Shown here: piece by piece, positions 59,773-64,000 of the stretch | Layout of the letters: each line of letters begins with the position of its first letter | How positions within the stretch are numbered: the first letter of the stretch is position 1 | NCBI GenBank assembly: GCA_048939995.1 | Contig: JBHLOY010000002.1 | Location: 352,001-416,000 of the forward strand | DNA: 64,000 nucleotides | DNA from: Promethearchaeota archaeon | GTDB taxonomy: Archaea; Asgardarchaeota; Lokiarchaeia; Sigyniarchaeales; SOKP01 | Direction of reading: 5' to 3' | Program-made: the position numbers and the translations under genes | Notes under the pieces: generated by a model | What the model was told of the DNA's origin: nothing | Database searches by the model: none | The model's input: only the letters and a program-made list of their open reading frames with translations

Positions 59773-62169
59773 ATGAAAAACAAAAAACGCAAGCTATTAT
59801 CCCTTATTATTGTTATCTGCTCTTTACTTCTATTTACTGGATTTACAATTGCTTATACAAGTTACTTTGATGATTTTAATGGAACATCTCACGGCACTTC
59901 TTGCCACTTTAGCTCTTCAACTCAAAGTAGTACGGGATATTTATCAATAGTATCAAGTTCAGGAAATACCGTAAATCCCGGTGAGAATTTTATACTATCT
60001 GTTCAAGTAAAAAGTTTCAGCGAAGCAGATGGAAAAGAACTTAAATTTGGTTTTCCTAGTGGCACTCCAGGCAGAGGAGATAATAAGCAATTTGGTTTTA
60101 ATACCACAATGGTCTCTGCAGATATAACTTCTGGAGATTCAGCGATATTTGATTTTCTAGTTAATGCACCTCTGACAGAGCAATCATATACTTTAACTGC
60201 TGATGCAATATACCGAAAGAGTGGTAGTGAGACTATATGGGCGTCTACTAATTATATAGTAACAGTCCAAACTTCCTCAGACATTTTACCCCCAGAGCTC
60301 ATCATTATCGATCCGAAAGATAATGAATACAAAAATGGCAATATATTGATTAATGCAAGTGTTATTGACAATGGAGGTTCAGGTCTTAATACAGTATGGG
60401 CAGAAATTACTAATAATAACTCTTTTAATCAAACTGTTTCAATGAATTTAAACACTGATCCATATTATAACGCTATTTGGGATTCAACTTCTGCGCTTGA
60501 TGGTCCTTATACTATAAATGTGAAAGCTAATGATGGAGCCTTTAATATTAATGATACAGAATCTGTAAATGTGATCATTGACAACACCGCGCCCTCAATT
60601 GTTTTAAATAGTGTGCTCCCAAATCCTTCAAATGGATTAACATCTATAAGAGCAATGAATTTTAGTTCAGATATCAATAATTATGGGATTAGGGCAACTA
60701 TAACAACTCCCACTGCTAACAAAATTTTCCTTGATCTAATATATCAAGGAGGAAATGAATGGAACAATACATTTACTATAACCCAAAATGGAATATATTC
60801 TGTTCAGATAAATGCAAGTGACTATTTAGGAAATATTAATATTTCATCCTCATTAAGCATTAATGGAGACATTTTAAATCCTTTTGTTGATATTACAAGT
60901 CCTGGAAATGATGGAGATACCATCGGGGGAGATACTATTATTATAAGCGGATGGGCATATGGTACAGGTACTAACATTGTAAGTTTATTTATAAACGATT
61001 CAAGATGGGGAATTACTCAGAATAAACCCCAGATTGACCCCAGCGGCACTTCTAGTGGACCATTCAGTTTTGAAAATAATAGTTATATATCTCCAGGATT
61101 TTATTGGGTTGAAGTTAACATTACAGACGCTGCTGGAAATATAAATATAAGTAAAAGATATTTCGAAGTCGTTTCGAACGATATTTTTCCACCTATCCTT
61201 GTTTTTAGCTTAATAAATCCAAATCCATCAAATGGTTTTACTAATATTACTGTTATATCAAATGAACCATTAATAGGAAATCCATTGTTAAGTATAACCA
61301 CTCCAAATAGTACTACTATTTATAGAACACTTTATCCTACGGGGGTTCCGAGAACATGGATAACCAATTATACAATTCATGAAACAGGAACTCACTTTAT
61401 ACAAGTAAATGGAACAGATCTTCATTCAAATGTGGGTTTTAAAACGGATTCATTTTATGGAGATATTGATGCACCTTGGATTACCCTTGATAATGTTTAT
61501 CCAAATCCATCCAATGGCTTAACGTTAATAACTGCTTTTAATGCAAGCTCGGATATTGATATAAATGGATTATGGGCCACAATAACAACACCTAGTAAAT
61601 CAATTTCCATTCAACTTAATTATCAAGAGAACAGTAAGTGGAATGCAACCTTCATAGTAACTGAAGATGGAACTTATTCCATCCAAGTAAATGCGACTGA
61701 TTTTGCTGGAAACACAAACATTACAGACTTAATTTATATTACTGGTGATATTAGTACTCCAATTTTATCAATAATTTCACTTCCAATTGAGAGTGGGGTT
61801 AATGCTCCAAACTTTTCTATCTCCATAACAGAGCCAAATTTAGATGGCATATGGTATTCACTATATAATGGCATTTACTGGTCTCAAAATATCACTATTA
61901 TTGGATTTAATGGGACTTTAGAGCAATCTTTATGGGATACCATGCCTACAGGGGATATCTTAATTAGGTTTTATGCAAATGATACGTTAGGACACATAGG
62001 ATATATAGATATTACTATTAGTAAAAATATACCCCAGACGAATATCAATCCTGGGGAAGGAACAGTATCAGGATTCGATTTAGGTATAATAATCGCAACG
62101 ACTTCAGCGATTCCACTTATATTTATAATTCTATGGCTAAAATCAAGGACAAAAAGATTTATTCGATAA
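59773..62169 (+). CDS. Membrane-anchored surface protein with Ig-like repeats and N-terminal HxxxCH motif
   Basis: Signal peptide, HGTSCH, repeated D..xP...PNPSNG...NATDxAGN modules, C-terminal TM. Confidence 0.8.
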   Translation: MKNKKRKLLSLIIVICSLLLFTGFTIAYTSYFDDFNGTSHGTSCHFSSSTQSSTGYLSIVSSSGNTVNPGENFILSVQVKSFSEADGKELKFGFPSGTPGRGDNKQFGFNTTMVSADITSGDSAIFDFLVNAPLTEQSYTLTADAIYRKSGSETIWASTNYIVTVQTSSDILPPELIIIDPKDNEYKNGNILINASVIDNGGSGLNTVWAEITNNNSFNQTVSMNLNTDPYYNAIWDSTSALDGPYTINVKANDGAFNINDTESVNVIIDNTAPSIVLNSVLPNPSNGLTSIRAMNFSSDINNYGIRATITTPTANKIFLDLIYQGGNEWNNTFTITQNGIYSVQINASDYLGNINISSSLSINGDILNPFVDITSPGNDGDTIGGDTIIISGWAYGTGTNIVSLFINDSRWGITQNKPQIDPSGTSSGPFSFENNSYISPGFYWVEVNITDAAGNINISKRYFEVVSNDIFPPILVFSLINPNPSNGFTNITVISNEPLIGNPLLSITTPNSTTIYRTLYPTGVPRTWITNYTIHETGTHFIQVNGTDLHSNVGFKTDSFYGDIDAPWITLDNVYPNPSNGLTLITAFNASSDIDINGLWATITTPSKSISIQLNYQENSKWNATFIVTEDGTYSIQVNATDFAGNTNITDLIYITGDISTPILSIISLPIESGVNAPNFSISITEPNLDGIWYSLYNGIYWSQNITIIGFNGTLEQSLWDTMPTGDILIRFYANDTLGHIGYIDITISKNIPQTNINPGEGTVSGFDLGIIIATTSAIPLIFIILWLKSRTKRFIR

Positions 62170-62258
62170 CCTTTTAAAAAGTAAAATTTTTTTTTAATTT
62201 ATTAATTTAAGATAATTAAATTGCTTCATTTGAGACTATTAAATCTTAGAACTTTAAG

Positions 62259-62981
62259 TTGAAGAATTTGGCTATTAAAAATAAAGAAATCATCAATTGT
62301 AAAAATGTTTCAAAGCAATTTGGATATTTCTTTGCATTAAAAGATATTTCATTCAAAGTAATAGCAAATACTATCTTTGGGATTGCAGGAGCAAATGGAG
62401 CAGGTAAAACAACACTGATTAAGATTTTATCTGGATTAATGAATCCTTCTTCTGGAAAAGTATACATTCAAGGTAATAATTATACTGAAAATCCGTTTTT
62501 GATTAAGGAAATGATAGGAATTAATACTGAGGAATCTTTTCTTTATGAGGAGTTGACTATTAATGAAAATCTAGAGTTTTATGATAATCTTCATTACAAC
62601 TTCAATAAAAGTCAGATAAGAAATAAAGTAGAAAACTATGCAGAATTATTTGAAATTCACGATTGGTTAGATGAACCCATTCGGAATTTATCTCATGGAA
62701 TGAAACAAAAAGTTGAAATAATTAGAGTTTTAATGCATGAGCCTTCAATATTGTTCTTAGATGAACCCTTTTCAGGTTTAGACTTTAAAGCAACTAAATT
62801 ATTAATAAATTTACTTCAGAATTTAAAAAAAGGAAAAAATGTAACAATAATACTAACTACTCATAAAATTGATGTATTATCAAAAATCTATGATGATTTA
62901 ATCATTTTAAAAAAGGGAAAAATCAACAAATTCATTACAAAAGAAACTTATGAAGAATTTGAAATAGAATCATATTTTTGA
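62259..62981 (+). CDS. ccmA: ABC ATPase, heme exporter CcmA-like
   Basis: GANGAGKTT, LSHGMKQK, LDEPFSGLD, TTH; directly upstream of ccmB. Confidence 0.82.
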   Translation: MKNLAIKNKEIINCKNVSKQFGYFFALKDISFKVIANTIFGIAGANGAGKTTLIKILSGLMNPSSGKVYIQGNNYTENPFLIKEMIGINTEESFLYEELTINENLEFYDNLHYNFNKSQIRNKVENYAELFEIHDWLDEPIRNLSHGMKQKVEIIRVLMHEPSILFLDEPFSGLDFKATKLLINLLQNLKKGKNVTIILTTHKIDVLSKIYDDLIILKKGKINKFITKETYEEFEIESYF

Positions 62982-62990
62982 GCTAGCATA

Positions 62991-63707
62991 ATGGAGATAA
63001 AATTTAAAGATAGAATTAAGTTATTCTTTTCTATATTAAGAAAAGATTTAAAATCTGAAATCCGTCAAATAAACGATATATTTTCAATATTTCTTTTTGA
63101 TGTTATATCTATTTTTATATTTTCATCAGTATATAGCTTCAGTACACAATATCAACAGATCCCGCTTGAAATATTTATAATTGAGGTCTGGTTAATAATT
63201 TTTTTTACTCTTATTTTTATAATGGCTAAATTATTCATTAAAGAAAAAGAATCTGGAACCTTAGGAGGATTAATTTCTTCGCCAATTTCAGCCAACACAA
63301 TAATATTTAGTAAGGTAATTTTTTGTTTTATTCTATTGAGCTTTATCGAAATCATTCTTTTTCTCTTTAGTTTCTTTATTTCTAATCCTTTAATACCCAA
63401 TTTACAATTTAATAATGTGATAAATTATATACTCTTAGGGATTATTTTACCAACATTAGATTTATCAATCTGTGGGACAATAGTATCAGCAATTTCTATG
63501 TATGCTAAGAAAAAATCTTTTATTATACCACTTATCCTATTTCCGATAATATTGCCAATAACAATCCCAATAATATCGATTAATATTAAATTGTTAGAAT
63601 TAGCTGCGTTTCTTGAATTAACTTATGAAATTTTATTTTTAGTTTCACATATTATTCTTATGACTTCAATATTAGCTTTAGTTTCTCAAAATCTTCTTTT
63701 TGATTGA
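62991..63707 (+). CDS. ccmB: Heme exporter permease CcmB
   Basis: LRKDLKSEIR, EKESGTLGGL, PLILFPIILP; six TM. Confidence 0.85.
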   Translation: MEIKFKDRIKLFFSILRKDLKSEIRQINDIFSIFLFDVISIFIFSSVYSFSTQYQQIPLEIFIIEVWLIIFFTLIFIMAKLFIKEKESGTLGGLISSPISANTIIFSKVIFCFILLSFIEIILFLFSFFISNPLIPNLQFNNVINYILLGIILPTLDLSICGTIVSAISMYAKKKSFIIPLILFPIILPITIPIISINIKLLELAAFLELTYEILFLVSHIILMTSILALVSQNLLFD

Positions 63708-63710
63708 AAA

Positions 63711-64000
63711 TTAGCTACACTGAATGAGAATTTGGCTTGCTTTTAAAATCAACGTAATGTTGAATTGACCTGCAACCACTATTTCAATTCCATTTTTTAG
63801 TTCGCTTGGTACAGTAATTTGAGAAACATCGATTAAAATTGTATCATCATTCTCTGTCAAATTAAAGTTGCCCCCTGAAAAGCCTTCTACAATCCCAATT
63901 ACTTGAATTTCAAGATTATCATATTCTGTAGGATTGGAAACAACCTGAGAAACCCTAAGATATGGTCGTATATTAATAACTACTAATATAATAATAAGAA
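63711..64000 (-). CDS. ccmE: Heme chaperone CcmE-like protein (5' end outside window)
   Basis: Manual translation: ...IILVVINIRPYLRVSQVV...IQVIGIV...FNLTE...VPSELKNGIEIVVAGQF...KASQILIQCS*; OB-fold pattern of CcmE; not in the ORF track. Confidence 0.75.
   Translation of the reverse strand, partial: LIIILVVINIRPYLRVSQVVSNPTEYDNLEIQVIGIVEGFSGGNFNLTENDDTILIDVSQITVPSELKNGIEIVVAGQFNITLILKASQILIQCS

Noticed and set aside
3259-63400. Many short ORFs nested in or antisense to long genes (e.g. 3259, 5962, 22093, 24929, 26690, 40694, 53848, 63152) plus 14031 and 17447
   Set aside because: Shadow frames of well-supported genes or low-complexity AT-rich ORFs without motifs.

Overview
AT-rich archaeal window. 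Gene content (TPR proteins with longin-like tails, an LRR protein, a giant DUF2341/LamG surface protein, fwdA, hdrCBA-mvhD, hypEDF, archaeal-type proS) points to an Asgard archaeon, probably Lokiarchaeota; this is inference. It contains anaerobic energy genes, two convergent purF paralogs, a cytochrome c maturation (ccm) locus and an accessory region (about 16-33 kb) with small duplications. Top finding: fwdA is interrupted by a 30-nt insertion (25423..25452, minus strand) containing an in-frame UGA. The insertion folds into a canonical bulge-helix-bulge motif, and cutting at the standard tRNA-splicing-endonuclease positions restores GDGPW-EFALHH and a 573-aa FwdA. This is a candidate mRNA intron in an Asgard metabolic gene, next to a decayed free-standing LAGLIDADG endonuclease. 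Other leads: a three-box operator with identical 30/31-nt spacing upstream of three loci; a ccm system whose CcmE ends in CS-stop, with single-Cys H-x2/3-C-H proteins flanking ccmF; a 3009-aa receptor-like protein with a longin/uDENN-like cytoplasmic tail; fused DppB-DppC permeases lacking EAA loops; and ORF insertions bracketed by duplicated gene 3' ends. No rRNA, tRNA or CRISPR array was recognised.
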